This document shows positions 63,403-64,000 of a stretch of 64,000 nucleotides of DNA, in pieces. Within the stretch, counting starts at the first letter, position 1; the number at the start of each line of letters is the position of its first letter. Where the stretch lies: assembly GCF_006345805.1 (NCBI RefSeq), contig NC_043007.1, forward strand, positions 41,912,001-41,976,000, written 5' to 3'. The position numbers were made by a program, and so were the translations under genes. This DNA is from Octopus sinensis (taxonomy: Eukaryota). Under the pieces are notes generated by a model, which made no database searches, was not told the origin of the DNA, and was given only the letters and a program-made list of their open reading frames with translations.

Positions 63403-63462
63403 CTGGTTTAATGTCATTTCTTTGTTTGCATCAGGCATGATGACACCATGATTCTTTGCTCC
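63403..63462 (-). CDS. ALDH6A1: ALDH6A1 exon
   Basis: cag|...|gtaata; 60 nt, GAKNHGVIMPDANKEMTLNQ (MGAKNH motif diagnostic of MMSDH). Confidence 0.96.
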
Positions 63463-63885
63463 CTGAAAAGAAAAGAAACTAAGAGGTTATAAACAAAAAC
63501 AGAGCAAACAAATTCTTATCCACTCAGCCGCTATATGCACATCTCCATTAATAAGACTGATGATTGGTGAACAAACTAATTGAAATGTAGTGTAGATGTA
63601 AATATTGAAAAAAATTTTCATTTCTTAAAGCTATGATTCACACACAAAATTATTTCAATTTGTTTAGAATCCTGTTTTATTGACCATTTTGAATGTTTGT
63701 CATATAGGCAATACTAAATGTACTATATTGTTGTTTTTGTCTTTGAGTACATTTTTTAGTAGAAAATAATATGTATCATATATCATACCTATATACTCAG
63801 TATGATTCCATTTAATAAGCTTTATTAGTTGTCACTAACACACAGAGTACTTTGAAAGAAAAAAGATGGCAAAAAACTAACTCAC

Positions 63886-63942
63886 CATATTTGATTGAAC
63901 TCTCTTGCCATTTTTGGTTCCCCTGTCATAGATGTAATTACC
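63886..63942 (-). CDS. ALDH6A1: ALDH6A1 (methylmalonate-semialdehyde dehydrogenase) internal exon; gene continues beyond the window
   Basis: cag|GGT...ATG|gtgagt; 57 nt, encodes GNYIYDRGTKNGKRVQSNM, matching the conserved MMSDH segment G(E)YI(F)ERG..GKRVQ(A)NM. Confidence 0.95.
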
Positions 63943-64000
63943 CTGTTAAAGAAGAAACAAAAAAAACAACACCTATTTTATTATACAAAACATATCAAAC

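Overview
Eukaryotic, AT-rich, intron- and microsatellite-rich genomic DNA. The repeat landscape (tRNA-derived SINEs, an RTE LINE family with (GAT)n tails, dense (TA)n/(TATG)n tracts) suggests an octopod cephalopod; this is an inference from repeat style, not a database match. Two spliced genes lie on the minus strand. (1) The 3' seven exons of methylmalonate-semialdehyde dehydrogenase (ALDH6A1), 63942 to 54882, continuing off the right edge. (2) An apparently complete 8-exon gene, 47626 to 32929 (921 nt, 306 aa), encoding an evectin/PLEKHB-like protein with a PH domain, a Pro-rich PPxY region, a Gly-rich hydrophobic segment and an acidic tail. All inferred introns are GT-AG and phase-consistent. 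The first ~32 kb holds no recognisable host gene. It contains a young 5'-truncated RTE LINE with a PHD-type finger inside its RT, a decayed Penelope-like element, CR1-type LINEs, TcMar MITEs, SINE arrays, two recent tandem duplications and a ~385-bp palindrome. The most notable hidden signal is a set of up to seven minimal type I hammerhead-ribozyme-like motifs with palindromic stem III, carried by several different repeats. One has an intact core (19375-19451, minus). No CRISPR, rRNA or true tRNA gene was found.
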